From: Rhizodiscina lignyota
Lineage: Eukaryota
Assembly: GCA_010015805.1 (NCBI GenBank)
Contig: ML978123.1
Location: 1,550,001-1,614,000, forward strand
DNA length: 64,000 nt
Direction of reading: 5' to 3'
Part shown: positions 24,654 to 38,369 of the stretch, in pieces
Layout of the letters: each line of letters starts with the position of its first letter
Numbering within the stretch: position 1 is the first letter of the stretch
The notes under the pieces: model-generated
Database searches by the model: none
What the model was told of the DNA's origin: nothing
Seen by the model: the letters and a program-made list of their open reading frames with translations, nothing else
Translations under genes and position numbers: made by a program

Positions 24654-25996
24654 ATGTAAGAAATCTTTTCGGTCATTTGTCAATTATGACTTTCCTTTGC
24701 TAGCTTGATTACCTCAATATTCACAGTCGACTCTCTGAGCTATCCCAGTACCAACGTCATCGCAATCGATACGCCTATTATCTTCTGTTCACATACTTGT
24801 TATCCCCTTTAACTAGACTCACTATGCCACTGCAAAGACGCGCGACATCCTCATACTTACAAACATCTCCCAGGAATATTAACCGCTCCCTCTCCATTCG
24901 CTCGAATAAAAACAGCGACTCCGTTACCTCTCCTACCTCCAGCGGCCGCCACCGTTTCATACCATCTCTTCGTGGATCGAATCCTGAGCTCAGTCGACGT
25001 CTCGCGAAGCTCGTAAAGTCGGAGAACCATGTCATTACAGCGTACGAGAATGCTGGCAAGGAGCAGCAGACGATTGCTAGACAACTGAGTGAGTGGGGCG
25101 AACAGACCGGCGACGATGCCGTTAGTGAGGTCGCGGATAAGTTAGGCGTGTTGCTGGCCGAAATGGCGGATCAGGAGGACTTCTATGCGCAGGGGCTCGA
25201 GGAGAGCAGGACTGTTCTAAAGCAAATAAGGAATACAGAGAGCAGCGTACAACCGAGTCGGGACCATAAAGCTAAGGTTTGTCCTCGACTGACAATGAGC
25301 ACATACGGTTTCTCCGCAGCTGATTCCAGGATGCTCCTAAAGTGAACATTGTTAACCCTCGTGTTGCCAGATACAAGACGAAATCCAGAAACTCAAGTAC
25401 AAGGAGCCTGCAAGCCCCAAAATCGTACAGCTAGAGCAAGAACTTGTCCGCGCTGAAGCACAAAGTCTTGTCGCTGAAGCTCAGCTCACCAACATTGTCC
25501 GTCTCCGAGGCTGGCCAATGCCAAAATGAATTAGAACAACGATGGCTGATAATTCATAATGTAGACGCGCCAGAAGCTTCGTCAAGCCTACGATCTCCAC
25601 TTGAAAGCTCTCCTGGAACGATCTGCGAAGCAGACTCTCCTTGCCACACAAGCTCGCCGCGTCCTTGCTCTTCTTGACGACACGCCAATCGTCCCTGGCG
25701 AAACTCGTCCTCCATTTGGCCAAGAGCACGAGCTGCGTCAGATACTATCCGATGCGGAGGAAGAGCTCAGAGGCTGGCAGCCAGGCTGGGAAGAGCTACC
25801 AGAGAGCAGTGCCGGGAGAGGCATGACTGACGCAGGCGTGCCGGCCGCGAATAATGGTGAGAAGGGTAGGGCGCTGGATGCGGGTCTGGAGAGGGAAGAG
25901 CGCGAACAGCAGGAGATTCTGACGACTGCAGGTACAGTTGATAGTGAAGGACTGGATGCCGGTGGATCAGCGCCTGGTTCGGCGGTCACTGGATGA
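24654..25996 (+). CDS. Eisosome Pil1/Lsp1-family BAR-domain protein (PilB-like)
   Basis: AT|G start split by intron 24656-24873, then MNINRSLSIR..PELSRRLAKLVKSENHVI..QLSEWGEQTGDDAVSEVADKLGVL..IRNTESSVQPSRDHK..KLKYKEP..LEQELVRAEAQSLVAEAQLTNI..TRQKL. Confidence 0.9.
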
Positions 25997-26508
25997 TGCT
26001 CAGAGCCAGCACTGTCCGGCGGTCGAACTTCGCTAGGCGTTGGATTTCATCTTGATTCCCTTGTGACGCATATGGATTATGGCTTTAGGACGGTTCATGA
26101 ATACTGGGACGCATGTCATGCCGAGAAATGGGCATACCTTGGATTAGTAACGAGCAATTGATATGAAATACATTCTCAAAATATTTTTAGGGCCATACCC
26201 AATGCAGTATTTGATGTCAAAGTATTACAAGACTCGACAAAGTGTACGGGCGTTCATAGCCTCAAAATGCTGCCGCCTCTTGTAGCCGTCAATAGCGTAG
26301 GGGCTCCAAGGAATAGTTCCGCGCTGACGAAAGCTCGCGTGCTCGCGTCATTGCGGTTGCCTTTGAGATCCGGCGGCGACAGCAATTGCAAAGTTGAAAC
26401 TCCAGAGAGTTTATGCGAGCCGTATAAAAGAGAATTGACCCACTAGATTTCATCCGGCACTAGATTTTCTTATCAGATTTGATATTCCGCCATTCCCGAA
26501 AAGTCACC

Positions 26509-27331
26509 ATGTCTGATCCGAGTCTTTACACTTATGAAGATCCATTGAAAGGCTACGAAAATCTCGAGCCGCTTTCTGAGTACGTCATTTTCTCTTAATC
26601 TATCTCTTTAATGCAGGAAAATACCAATTCGAAGAGATCCACATTTTCAAGCCCATTCTGACTCTTTTTTCCTCGTCTTTCAATTCACATCCCTACAATA
26701 GTCCTTCTCGAGCCTCTTGCCCTTCGTGCCATCATCTCTCAATCCATCTAGAATACTGTCTTGCTATTTCTCGTATACACAGCAGTCCTGATATATATAT
26801 GTCCCTAGCGAGATCTCCAAAGATGGCAAATCATTCGTCAACCCTCCCTCCACAGGCCGAAGCAAAGCATATTCGCAATTCGTAGCGCCCATCACTAACG
26901 ACGAGCGTGGCGGCTTCGACATCCACATCTACTTCCTGCAAACGGACGAGAAGCAGCTCACATTCGCAAAGAAGCTCTGGGAGCGCATCAGACGAGAATG
27001 TACGCTACGCTTTCAACTTTCCTCTGCTAGACCCTTCAAGCAAAGTCAGGATATGGAACTCTAATGTGCAACAGTTCCCGAACTCCGTGTCTACCGTGTC
27101 TGGGACAAGCCCGTCGGCCCACACATGGTCGGCATGTTTGAAGTGAACGTTTTCAATCCCGAGCAGTTTGGTGCCTTTATCGCCTGGCTGGTGATTAACC
27201 GCGGACCGCTCTCCGCACTTGTGCATCCAAATACCGGTGACGCTGTCAGAGATCACACGCAGAGAGCGACGTGGATGGGAGAGCCGTATCCATTGAACGT
27301 CGGACTGCTGAGGAAGTTTGTGAGTCGTTAG
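26509..27331 (+). CDS. DOPA 4,5-dioxygenase family protein; 3 exons
   Basis: MSDPSLYTYEDPLKGYENLEPL..GGFDIHIYF..LWERIRRE|FPELRVYRVWDKPVGPH..MFEVN..GPLSALVHPNTGD..RDHTQRATWMG. Confidence 0.9.
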
Positions 27332-27644
27332 CGGGAGATAGCTTGGAGAGACGAATGAGGGATTTCTCTTGAGACGTGCAGCGTCTCTTCTAATAGATTT
27401 AAACTTTATTTGGCTCGAACTAAAATTGAGTCGATTATCCCATTAATTCAATGCCAGCGCCGTGTGCTATGCTATGCGGTTACATGGTTAACCACATGAT
27501 ATATCGCTATGTCATCGTAAGTCGGGAGGGAATTCGGCAAAATCCCACCAACGCTAAAATCACCCATTCTGTAGAAAGCCTCATATGGTATCTTTCGAAT
27601 TTCAATTCCAACTCCGGGGCCCGGACCTGTTCCTGTTAAATATT

Positions 27645-29444
27645 TCAATCGTCATCCCACAGATCCTTGACCGGCATCTTGACTTTATTCGCCCCCAAAT
27701 CCAGCTCCAAGCATTCGCTCTTCTGCTCAATATATCTACGATCATGGTATCCGACCTCCTGCGCGTACGCCTTCTTACCATCTTCATCTACTGCACCCTT
27801 CACCTTCCTGCTGTTTCCAACAATACGCGGGGCAATGCCCTTCGCAAATATTACCAAATTCGGGCTATCGCGCCGGTCGTACGTCTTGTCACTCGTTCCA
27901 AACGCAATGATATTGAGGCGTGGGTTTGCTGTCAAGGACGTATCGAAGAGTCGGGTCGCGTGGACTTGGAGCAGTGCAATGTACGTGTCGCGCGAGACAG
28001 CCGCGGAGGAGGGTTTATTCGTAGGCCAGACGGTGAAGTGGAGGGTACGCAGGTTGGCTAGCTTGAGGTAGGGCTCCTGTTTGTGTGTTAGTATATATTA
28101 AGTACGGCCAGGGTGTCAGGAGCTCGCAGAGATGGACTTACACCCCATGTGTTGAACTGCTGAGGGTCGCAGTCCGTGATCGAGCGATCTGGAGTCGCGA
28201 TTGACAGCTCTTCGATAGCTGAGCACTGCTCGCAGATCTTCTTAAAGTCGTTTGCGTCATAAATAAGCTCATCTGTCGTCTCTGAGCCCCAATCTCCGTC
28301 CGCAGCGTGCACAATTAGAGTCTTCAGCGTCTTCGAATGTCGAACAATGCTGTCGACTTGTGGAAGGGTCTCCGAGTTGCTGAAATCGATCATCAGACTC
28401 TCAATACCGCTGACCAGGCACAAGAAGCCATCGAGAGCGCTCATGCCATCATCCTCATCATTGTCCTTGTGCTTGATGGAAAAGTCTAACAGCTTCACTG
28501 GGAGGTTGGAGCTCTTGCTTATCTCGGACAAGAATGTATCGACGCCTGGACAACGCTGAACGGAAAGGTCTCGCAATCCCCGGAAGTTGATGACGCGGGC
28601 ATACGTATTAGCGCAGAATCGGAGATTGACCTTCTGCAAATCGAGCTTCGTGATGTTAAGTGGCGTGCACGACTCGAATGGGAGCATGTGCGAGAAGACT
28701 GTTGATGTGATCAGACCGGGCTCTGTGGCCGTGTCATTAAGCTCGCGAGGATTGATGTAATGTTGGTGGTCAGAATCGTCGCAGAAAGACGTATGAATAT
28801 TCAACGACTCTATTCGCTTAGTTCGACGGAGGAGCTCTCCACAGAATGTCAATACGTCGCGGTTGTCAGGGAAGCAGTAGACCTTGCGGACATTGTTGAA
28901 GAGCTCATCCAGGTTTGGGATTTTATTCAGTTTGTCCCACGGATCCGCATCAAGAGAAATGCCCTCCAGATTCTTCAGCCGCCGCTGCTTCCGATATAAT
29001 AGCTCCAGATTCCCAGCACTGAAGTTCTGCCATGGGTGCCATGAGAAGCGCTCAAGAATGTTCTCCGGGAGGAACTCAAGTATCATGCGAGTGGCAAAGT
29101 GAGCTTGTTCGAGCTGGCCGCACTTGTCTGGGATGTCTGCTAGGTAGAGGTCGAGCTTGCGAATGTAAGGGAGGCCGATATTCCGCGAGTTTAGAAAGGC
29201 GGCCAGGCTGGAGTCGTGTGGACAGCCAATGTCGAGTGGTACATCCCGATAGAGAAAGCGCACTGCGATTTCATGTAGCTGTTTGGAGGTCAAGCATACT
29301 GCGACTAGGTCTGTTGGTCGAAGAATCTTCAATTTGTTGCGTCAGAGAATGCCAATTGGGGAAAGGGTAGCCAGTACGACTTACATGGCTGACGATCAAG
29401 GTCTTCAAGTCCGTAGACAACTCGCTAAACTTTAGAGCGGCCAT
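27645..29444 (-). CDS. Conserved fungal F-box-like / LRR-like hypothetical protein; 3 exons
   Basis: MAALKFSELSTDLKTLIVSH|ILRPTDLVAVCLTSKQLHEIAVRFLYR is F-box-like, followed by LRR-like segments; last exon ends DLWDDD*. Confidence 0.78.
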
Positions 29445-30531
29445 GGAGATGGCTCATTCTCTTGCGGAAATGCAGGTGCAAGGCTGAGAAGTGCGGTGCA
29501 ATGAGACAAGGAGATGGAGGAAGGCGAGGTGTGAAGTGTGGAGTTGGAGGTTGGAGGTTGTAGGTTGACAGTTGAAAGAGCTGAGGCTAATAAAGAGCTA
29601 GAAGAGGTGCAACACAGGGAAGGCCTGCCGCCGGTGTAAGCAGCTTGTGTCTAAGCCTTGTTGCTGGATTTGTGCGACGAGCAAACGCGCCGAGTCATTC
29701 GTCGTTGAAGTTGGGATGGAGAAGGCAACTGCAGAAGCAACGCACCGCACCTCCCGCCTGCAGCTGTGGAGTCACACGCCAACCGCTCAGCGCGAATTGC
29801 TCAGCCTGGCCACGGTAGTTGGATCCAAACTTCATCCAAGCTACGGGCGGGGGAAGGCAGGATGATGGATCCTTAGATACTGCTTCGACGCGGGTGGAGA
29901 AGTGAAATCATACGACGGGTCCCACAGTCGACGTTGAACCCCGCTTATAGTGTCGACGCCCACGCATGGGACTAGCACGAGTTAGGCAAAGCTAAGGGCT
30001 TAAGCGACAGGCAGCCATCGATCGTGCTGAGTCGGCGCCGACAGTTTACGATCGCGAAATGAAATGCAATGCTCCCACGGAGTACCAGAGCACCTGGCAA
30101 AAACATCCCCGCAGCGCCTCACTTTATCGACCGGTCAGCAAGGCACGCTGGGTACTGGAGCTGATGCTGGCCATGTGGCAGCACGAGCTTCTCCAGCAGC
30201 AACATCGGACATCGAGAATGGCAAATAGCTATGTAGCGTGGAGTGGTGGGTCTCGTTATTTCCGTACCTTGCACGGTACATACATGCTCGACGACGCCTT
30301 GCACAAAGTCCAATTGAGCTCTCATGAACTCAGATGCATTCCTTGGAACATGATGCCGCAAATGCCGAAAGCAGCGCAAGTCGTGACATAGCCCATCCCT
30401 ATCCCAAAGCCCATATCAAAAGCACATGGCACCACGCTATGCAGAGTGAAAATGATCAAAGGACACGAACCAGCCGCCCCCAGGTACGGTTGCCCGTCCA
30501 ATGTACAACCGCAAACCCAAGCCGAGAAGAA

Positions 30532-33300
30532 TCACGAACCTCCTCCACTATCTCCATCCTCTTCTGCCTCTTCCTTCGCAAATTCAGCTTCGAACTCCGC
30601 TTCCGCTTCTGATCCCCAATCTTCGTCCTCATCCTCGGCCTCACCTTCCCCTTCATCTTCTCCATTCCTCTGCGCTTCTTCCGGCCCGGTAGTATCTGGG
30701 CTTGGCAGACCGCCGTCCGTGGCAGTGGACATGTTTGTCAGGCTGGTTACCCTCTCCATCGCCTGCTTTTTCCTCCTCTGCAGCTTCGAGCCTTGTCCAC
30801 TCAAGGTGGCGCTCTCATCCGCCGATTCATTCTCCGAGTTCTCGGCACTTAAGTCTCCTCTCTTCCGCTTGCGGTTTGTTCTTGAAGCACGGCTTCTGCC
30901 ACTAGCATCACTCGCATGGCTGTCATCGCTCTGCTCGTCTTCCGAATCCGACCCCAAGAACTCCTTGAGTTCGTCGTCAACATCGCCCCAATCAACATTG
31001 TCTGTTGGTGAGACACCCTGGTCAAAGTCGGGCTCTTGGTTGGTGCCTTCCAAATCGGTGATAAGTGCCCCAGGCATCTCGGCGTCCCCATCAAAGTCAG
31101 TGTTCGTGGCGCCCGTCTCAAGCTCATCACCAGTGATGTCGTCTTCGCCACTAAGTATCTGGCCATTCTCGTCGTCGGCAAGCGCACCAAGAATAGAGCT
31201 ATCGGCTGCACCGTTCTCTTCAGGTTCTACTTCGATCTTATAAGGTTCCTCGTCGGGCTTTTGCCATGTCGAAAACGCCTCGAGGAGCCAGTCTACGGTG
31301 ACGATCTTAATCTTGGATCTGCGTGCCGCAATCTTGACTTTGTGTGTCTTGCGTTGCCGAGTTGCGACCACGTGAGTCGTCGAAGAGGTGAGGTCCCTTT
31401 GGACACGGGCGCCGAATGTCTTGGCCCATAGCGCAATGTCGGAACTCGACTGGAAGTTAGCAAGGTAAATATGCTCTACAAGCAGTGCAAATCTGCAAAC
31501 TCACATTTGTACGTCGATACTCAATGGGACCACTCCCGAGAAAACAATCACAGTGCCCTTCAGAACATCCTCTTTAATCTTGGGCATTATGTCCTTGATA
31601 TCCGGAACAGCGAAGAGGTCATCAGAAGGCTTTCGCTTAGCTCCTTTATCGCCTCTCAGTTCCGCAATCCGTCCGCCAGTCGAACCCAGGAGTTTTCTGT
31701 CATACTCGTCGTAGAAAGCGTGGTGCACTCTCGTTAAGTTTTCTTCCAGGTGGTCCAGCTCAACATCATCGTCATGCAGCAGATTGTGACGTGGCTTCTG
31801 CTGTTCGGGAGTCTCGTCTTCCGAGCTGTCGGTTCCATTTGTTTGTGTCCTTGAAAGCTGTTCGTCTACCTTGTCCAGGAGCTCCTGTTTCTTGAGAAGA
31901 GGTCGGTCTTTCTGCTGCGCAGCAATGGTCTGATCTGCTTGTGAGGTCTGTTCTTCCAGTAGCCTTGGGTTGTCACCTCCTGCCATGGCAACCAGTTGCT
32001 GTTCGAGAGCCGAAATGCCCTCGCTGTCATCGGCATTTGTGGCAGCTTCACCAGCTTTCTTTTCCGGTGCGCTCGCATTATCCGAAGCCTCCGCAATTGT
32101 TGTTGCTTCCTCTGCTTTCTCCTCTGCTTTCTTTTCTTGTATGGCCTTTGCGTCCCGCTGGAGCTTCTCAACTTTGGGCAGAAAACTCGAATTGATGTCT
32201 CCTATGCCGACGAAAAAGTCGTACTGTACAACTTTGATCAGGTTGTCGCTCCATTGCCATACATCACCTCTATCATCTATGATCACCACCATCTTTGTGT
32301 CGACGGGAAAGAGTCTATGCAAGCTCTTCGCATTCATATTGCCGTTCTCATCACGGCTAAGGATACGGTCAGCAAATATCTTGCGATCGGGGTCGACGAT
32401 CTTGGCAATATTTTGGGCATAGGCGCGTGTGCCCATGGTGTAAATGTGTAGTTCGTAGATCTTCGAGATGTCTTCGAGGAAGCGCAGGAGGCCCGGCCGC
32501 AGCTTGATGTAATACCAGCATCCTCTACCGCCTGGTCCTTCGTCAACGAGCTGGAATGCACGTACATCCTTGACAGCGTCGTGATTCGGATTCTCAGTGT
32601 CTTTCTGCCATTCCGCGACTGTAGGATCGACGGTTGCGTGGATGATGGTCTGATCAAGGTCAACGACCAGTGACAATTTGCGATTCGCGAGGAGGCGACG
32701 TCTTGACTCTTCATTTATGCGAGAGGCTTCTTGTTGGCTGACTTTGAGTTCCATGTGAGAGTGAGAGAGATTGATGTTCGCGCGGTCAGTCAGATTTCTC
32801 CCAGTGGTCAGGTCCACCAGTCTAGCAAGAGCAAATGTCAGTTTCTGGTGGCAGATGTAGAAAATAACAGTGGTGAAGAACTGGCGACTCACTCAGTCAT
32901 GTTCTTTCCGCAATTGGCGCACATGCCTCCGAACTGCACCTCGTGCAAGCATGGCTCTTCCATTTCAACCAAAGGGACTCTATTGCAACAGTCAGCTCCC
33001 TCGGAACTCTGAAATGTCCAGAACAACCTGCAGAGACATGTCTGCGACTTACCCATCAGTTTGTATCTCCTCTCCCACCCTCACCTTCCATCCCGTCACC
33101 TTGCCATCGACGGGCGCGCGGAATTCTTCATAGTAGTCCTTTACTACTATCTGCTTCTCGCCATATTTGTCGCCTTCTTCAACTTCGGACTTGTAGCTGT
33201 ACGTAAAGAGCTGCGCGGCCTTCTCAACGTCCGTCCCGGCGGTGGCGTGAATGCGCGTGATGGTTATGGGGTAACGGAGCTTGGACGAGCGGAGCAGCAT
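30532..33300 (-). CDS. FCP1: RNA polymerase II CTD phosphatase Fcp1
   Basis: N-terminal biotinyl-like domain, CxHxVQFGGMCANCG, catalytic LVVDLDQTIIHA, YIKLRPGL, IIDDRGDVW, BRCT (IVFSGVVP..THVVA..IVTVDWL), acidic tail; about 3 introns. Confidence 0.95.
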
Positions 33301-34906
33301 CAGGAAGCTTGTCGGCGCGTCTTCGAGTGAGTGTTGCTTTGCGAGAGTTACATGCTTCGAAGACTACCAAAGGCAAACTTGGAAGCTAGGGTATATATAG
33401 TTGTGTGGCGTGTTCGGGTGTAGTGCTTTGTCGACGTCGCGGAGCAGATGGGCCAGGCGGCGGCGCATTCGCGATTGTCACGGGAAACGGTAACGGGTGT
33501 CAATGGCGCCAGGTACACGCGGGGTAGCTTTAATAGCTTCGAGAACACAATAGCTTTGATCGCGTGAATGGGACAATGCGCATGCAATTGGCGACGCAAT
33601 AAGGGTCCTCGCGCAGGGAAAAGCAGAGGTATTTATATAGGCGGGAAAGGAAGGATCAAAGGCGTCTCGTGCAGTGCGCTTCTGCAAACGGAATGGCGCG
33701 AAATTAGCCGCAGGGAGCCGCGCGCCAAGCATTGACATCCGGCGTCAAAGCCACCTCGACGTGTACGTACCTTGACTTCCAACCCGTTGTGCACCCGCCC
33801 GTTTGAGGGACTCTGGAGTTATTTAAATATCTCTGGTCGCACCCAGGAGGACTGACTCCGCTCTTCTGCAGCATCTGGCTAGGCTCCAGCGTCTGGCCCG
33901 CCAACCATCGGATGACGCGAGCAGAGTTCTCTTTTCCACCTCTATCACTCTGACAGCTGACCGCCAGTTGTATGGATGCCTGGTGTCATTTCAAATTCTC
34001 CGACGAAACCCGCGAGGCTTGATATGCTGGGCAGAATTCTTCAAAAGTGGCCCTACGGCCGTGTGCTCGACCACGCGTTCAGCGCCCGCAGAATCAACCG
34101 TCATCTTTCTCCAGGAGTCATCTGAAAGCTGGTTGTAGTTGAGCCTGCGCCCAGTCACGATTTGCCATCTGCATTGGAGAATTCGAACTAATGGTGCGCT
34201 TTAGCTCATTACGCTTTGCGTGGAATACAGAAAACCGCTAGAGTCGGAGATCGCTGTCTCTTTCTGTTTCACAGGACTTGGATGTACATAAAATGGATCT
34301 GCTGACATTACCTCGACACCACTGCAGCTTTGCAATATTGTTAGAGGAGTCGCATGTTTGCCTAAACTAGTGGCCTCTTACATCGTGGCATGGACAGTGA
34401 AAAGTCGATGGTTCATGCATTGAGGCTATTCATTACCTCCTGTCAGGTGGTCGGATATTGATGAAACTCTCGATTATAGCCGGCTCATAGGAACCTGGCT
34501 TCTACCGGAGCAACTGACGGTTTTAGTCGGTGCCTCATCTTATAGAACTGCCTCACGCTTCAAAGCCTTTTCGTGGAGAGTGAAGCCTCTCCCCCACTCC
34601 ACGAAGTCGTTTGAAGCTCTGTTTCAACGCAGGAGAAAGCTCTTTTGCTTATTGAGCACTTTGGTGCAGACAAGACATAATTAGCAGCACTGATTTGCAC
34701 CAGTTTTGCCCATACCTCTACTACCATCTTTTCGAGGAGAAATAATATCCAGTCACTCCACTCTTGCTTTACAGACCACATATACTGAGAATGGAAAAGT
34801 TCGTTCACAGTTCTCCTGACTCTTTCCGACTTCTGACGTAATGAACAGAATGCTTTCCGGCACTCTTGCGATATCGTCTCGAACCGTTGTTTCGCTGCTT
34901 ATGCAT

Positions 34907-35875
34907 CTACTCGGGGGCTCGAATCCAGTACGCGAGGTCAACGCAAACAGGAATGAACATCTTCACCGTGACCACTTGACCGAAAGTCCACTGGGAATCC
35001 GAGTCATTGTTATTGTTCACTGCGGAGACCTGAAACTGGATTGTTTGCAGCCTTATATACGTCCACATTTGAGATATGCTGAGGATCGGCAAAATAACAA
35101 GCATGATCTCTCTGACGTTAGCGTACCACCACTTCTTCCGCTCGGCTGATCGATCGAGGAACCGAACAAGCGTGGAATCTGAGTGATGCTTCTGAACGCC
35201 GGAGAGGACGATTTGGCCTGTTGTCAACAGAGTAATGGTGATCCATGTCAGCATCCGAAAGGAAGTCATTGTCATGTCCTCGGAAGAACTTATTTGATGG
35301 ATACCTTTCCAGCAGACCGAATCAATGTTGTTGAAATCATCCGTTGATATAACGCTGGATGGCCCGGAGCCGATCTGACTCGGGCCAAACTTCGTAAGCA
35401 TGCCTGTAACGAATGGATATATCGAAACGACCCAGCATGCTAAAAACATAGCAAATCGAACAGGCGACCGGTCGCCCGCCTTCGGTTCTGTCATTCGTCG
35501 ACTTGGATTTCCAGCTGATTGCCGAGTCTCCGGGAGATCATCGAGCAACTCTGGAAACAGTATCACGTGTAGCAACGGTACGATTGAGAAGAGCGACACG
35601 GTCCAGGTAATCTCTTTGGTCAACGATCCCATCCCCGTGGCACTGAATCCGTAATCAACTCGAACAAGAGCTACAATGACCGCCACCTGGATCGAAAAGG
35701 CTAAGAATACGGCGCAAGACCAGAACGTTTCGTAAGTTCGAGTCAAAATTTTCATCGGCCTGTTGGAAATCTGAATTCCTTTTGCTCTTCCCCCGTAGAC
35801 CAACGCGAATGTAAGTACAAGGGCCACGATATTCTCCATGAAGTAGCCGACAGCCATCAGGTCTGCAGTTGCCAT
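34907..35875 (-). CDS. Multi-pass membrane protein of unknown function
   Basis: 322-aa ORF with about 6-7 hydrophobic segments and a C-terminal QWTFGQVV motif common in fungal membrane hypothetical proteins. Confidence 0.7.
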   Translation of the reverse strand: MATADLMAVGYFMENIVALVLTFALVYGGRAKGIQISNRPMKILTRTYETFWSCAVFLAFSIQVAVIVALVRVDYGFSATGMGSLTKEITWTVSLFSIVPLLHVILFPELLDDLPETRQSAGNPSRRMTEPKAGDRSPVRFAMFLACWVVSIYPFVTGMLTKFGPSQIGSGPSSVISTDDFNNIDSVCWKGIHQISSSEDMTMTSFRMLTWITITLLTTGQIVLSGVQKHHSDSTLVRFLDRSAERKKWWYANVREIMLVILPILSISQMWTYIRLQTIQFQVSAVNNNNDSDSQWTFGQVVTVKMFIPVCVDLAYWIRAPE

Positions 35876-36633
35876 GATTGTAATAGTGACTGTCTGATCT
35901 AGCTACATCCCTCGAATGTATTGTTGTGGAAGAGGAAAGACAAAGTCCGATATCGTAAACCCGGCGGCGCCAAAAGAAGGGAAAGAGAACGTACTTCCTC
36001 TATCCTGCAACGAGGTCAGCAGTGTCGCAGCCCCTAAATTTGGTAGAGCGAGAACATCTTGAACAGGGCTGAAGAGTTTCAATTTGTCGAAGAGCTGGAG
36101 AGGAAGTGTATTGGGTTTTCATGATCTCGGCTTCACCAGTATCGTCGGTCACTCCCTTAAATGCGCACCGAAACTGTACCAGAGTGTCCAATAACGCAAC
36201 CATATCCCCACGTCGGATTGGATTGACTGGGTCAATTGCTTTCTTAAATTCAACGGTCTAACGTTGGCATATATTACACACAGTATTTGTGTCATTGGCC
36301 ACTGGATGCGGGGGCGCTACAGACTGGTGGTGGTCGATAGGTAAAGCAGTCTGTATATATGCTAACCTTTTGCTACAGAAGGGCCCAGCATCGATATTCT
36401 AGTGGATTGAGAATGAAACTCGGATTGACTTGATTAACGCAAAGGATCCAGGGTCGGCTCGGTATTGAACCCTCTGAATTGTGAATCCGTCACTTCAACG
36501 GTTTTACACATGATACGCGCCGTTGAATCAACACTTAGCTTTTCGTGAATATTTAAGCTCGAAACCTTCAAACTCGAAGACTCTTTCTACAACCATTACT
36601 ATCGATCGATCAGAGACTTGGAATTCCTTCACG

Positions 36634-37946
36634 ATGTCAACTATTCATGACGCGGCGCTTGATGCTTGCCTCTCAGATCAATGCGGCTGCAGAAACGTAT
36701 TTGCACCCCTTCAGGCGCTTAAAGAGATGGACGAGTGCAGCGAAAGCGAAGCCGGCGAGGTTGTCTGCCACAACATGTTTGCACCTCTCCAAGGGCTTAA
36801 AGAGACGGATGAGTGTAGCGAAAGTGAAACCGCTGAGGTCGAGAGGGAGCCACCCACAGTTGGTAAGACCTCTTCTGCTGAGTCACTTACTTTCAGCCTC
36901 TACCTCTTCCCTTTAACTCTACCCGAGTGTCACAAAAGCCTTGATACAATCGAACGTAAACTTCACAATGACCCCAACTTCATGTTATGGTCCAGGGTTG
37001 CGAAAGCTACTGCGAGATGAGCTCTGCTAACAAGTATGTGACTGTAGAGTGGTACGGCAGTCCGTCGAAACTTGTGGAAGCTCAGAGACGAGCTTTAGCA
37101 CCGAAGCGATACTTGGAGAACCGGAACAGCCCACTGCTCTCCTTGCCTCGAGAACTGCGCGACGAAATTTGGCGGCATGTCTTGGGAGATCGAATCATCA
37201 CGCTCCGCGAAAAGTGGTCATGGAGTAACGAGGATGAGGAAGACGACTACTGCCATGCCGTCGTTGGTAGTATCTATCAGGGTCCTGGAATATACTTCGA
37301 CCGCAGCAAGCCCGCCATTGTTCGAGATCCTAATTCGCCGTCCGAGCCAGCCCCCTGCTTGTCTTCCTCGAAAAGCGACAAAGAGTTCTGGTCTACTCGA
37401 CGGGACCCCTTCTGGCCTAGCTCATTGGGATTATTTTCGGTTTCACGGCAGTTTCGCGAAGAGGTGGAAGACGTGTTCTACTGTAAGAACATCTTCGTCA
37501 TCATGGGACCTGGGGCTTTGATTCGCCTCAAACATGCAGCAAAATATAGTCGGCGGTATCCGTGGACTGGGGCTCCGATATATCGAATACAGCACATGCA
37601 CATTGTCTGGAGCAGAGAGCAACCACGTTGGACCAGAGCGCTTTCCATCAAAGACCCTTCTGAAAGGTATCGACTGGACCTGGAGCGGATGCCGAGGCTG
37701 CGAACACTACATTGTTCCGATATTTCATCCCGTCATATGCATCTTGTCCCTGGCGGTTACTTCACTTCCCCCCGCTATCCTCTCAATGGCCATCGCATTG
37801 ATACGGTGAAGTTCTTCCGCCGAGCAGAAGGCGAAGAAATGGTCCGCTCCAAGGTTGAGACTTTCTTCCGCCAATCTAGGAGGGCATCAGGACGGCACGA
37901 CTTTGACTTGTGGCTGGCTGAATGGATCCGGAGTCGAAGAGAGTAA
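36634..37946 (+). CDS. Hypothetical F-box-like (DUF7730-like) protein with an N-terminal 26-aa duplication
   Basis: SPLLSLPRELRDEIWRHVLG and LFSVSRQFREEVEDVFYCKNIF. Upstream exon MSTIHDAA with GTAAG donor at about 36862. The exon join is inferred. Confidence 0.68.
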
Positions 37947-38369
37947 TTTATCAAGCTCGGTGACTGAGGGGCGTTATTGAAATTTAAACCGGATAGGAAC
38001 TGGACATAATCTCTGCACGCATGCGAAGTCTGCTCTTGACTTAGATATTTAAACTTTATCGTGATTCTGTACATTGTGCACTCTGTTTTGAACATAGGCT
38101 TTGCGTAACGTGTATAAATATTCGCAAGTTCGCCCGGAACTTATGAATGGACTCCGGCCGTAACTGGATGTTAACTTCTAACACATGAAAAGTCCTAAAG
38201 TTTATTCTATTGAAACTCAAATGCTCTGATTTACAGTAGAGACAATTTTTTCACTGACAAAAAGCTCATTTACCTTCTAATAAAACAGTACCCTCAAACT
38301 CCGAACGCCGTAAGAGCGAAGATCAAGGAAAGGTGAGACGACGGAGCGTGCCATGTTATGCGATATGAC

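Noticed and set aside
21207..27331. FAD monooxygenase plus DOPA dioxygenase as a betalain-like pigment cluster
   Set aside because: They are separated by a housekeeping eisosome gene, no tyrosinase is present, and this dioxygenase family is widespread in ascomycetes.
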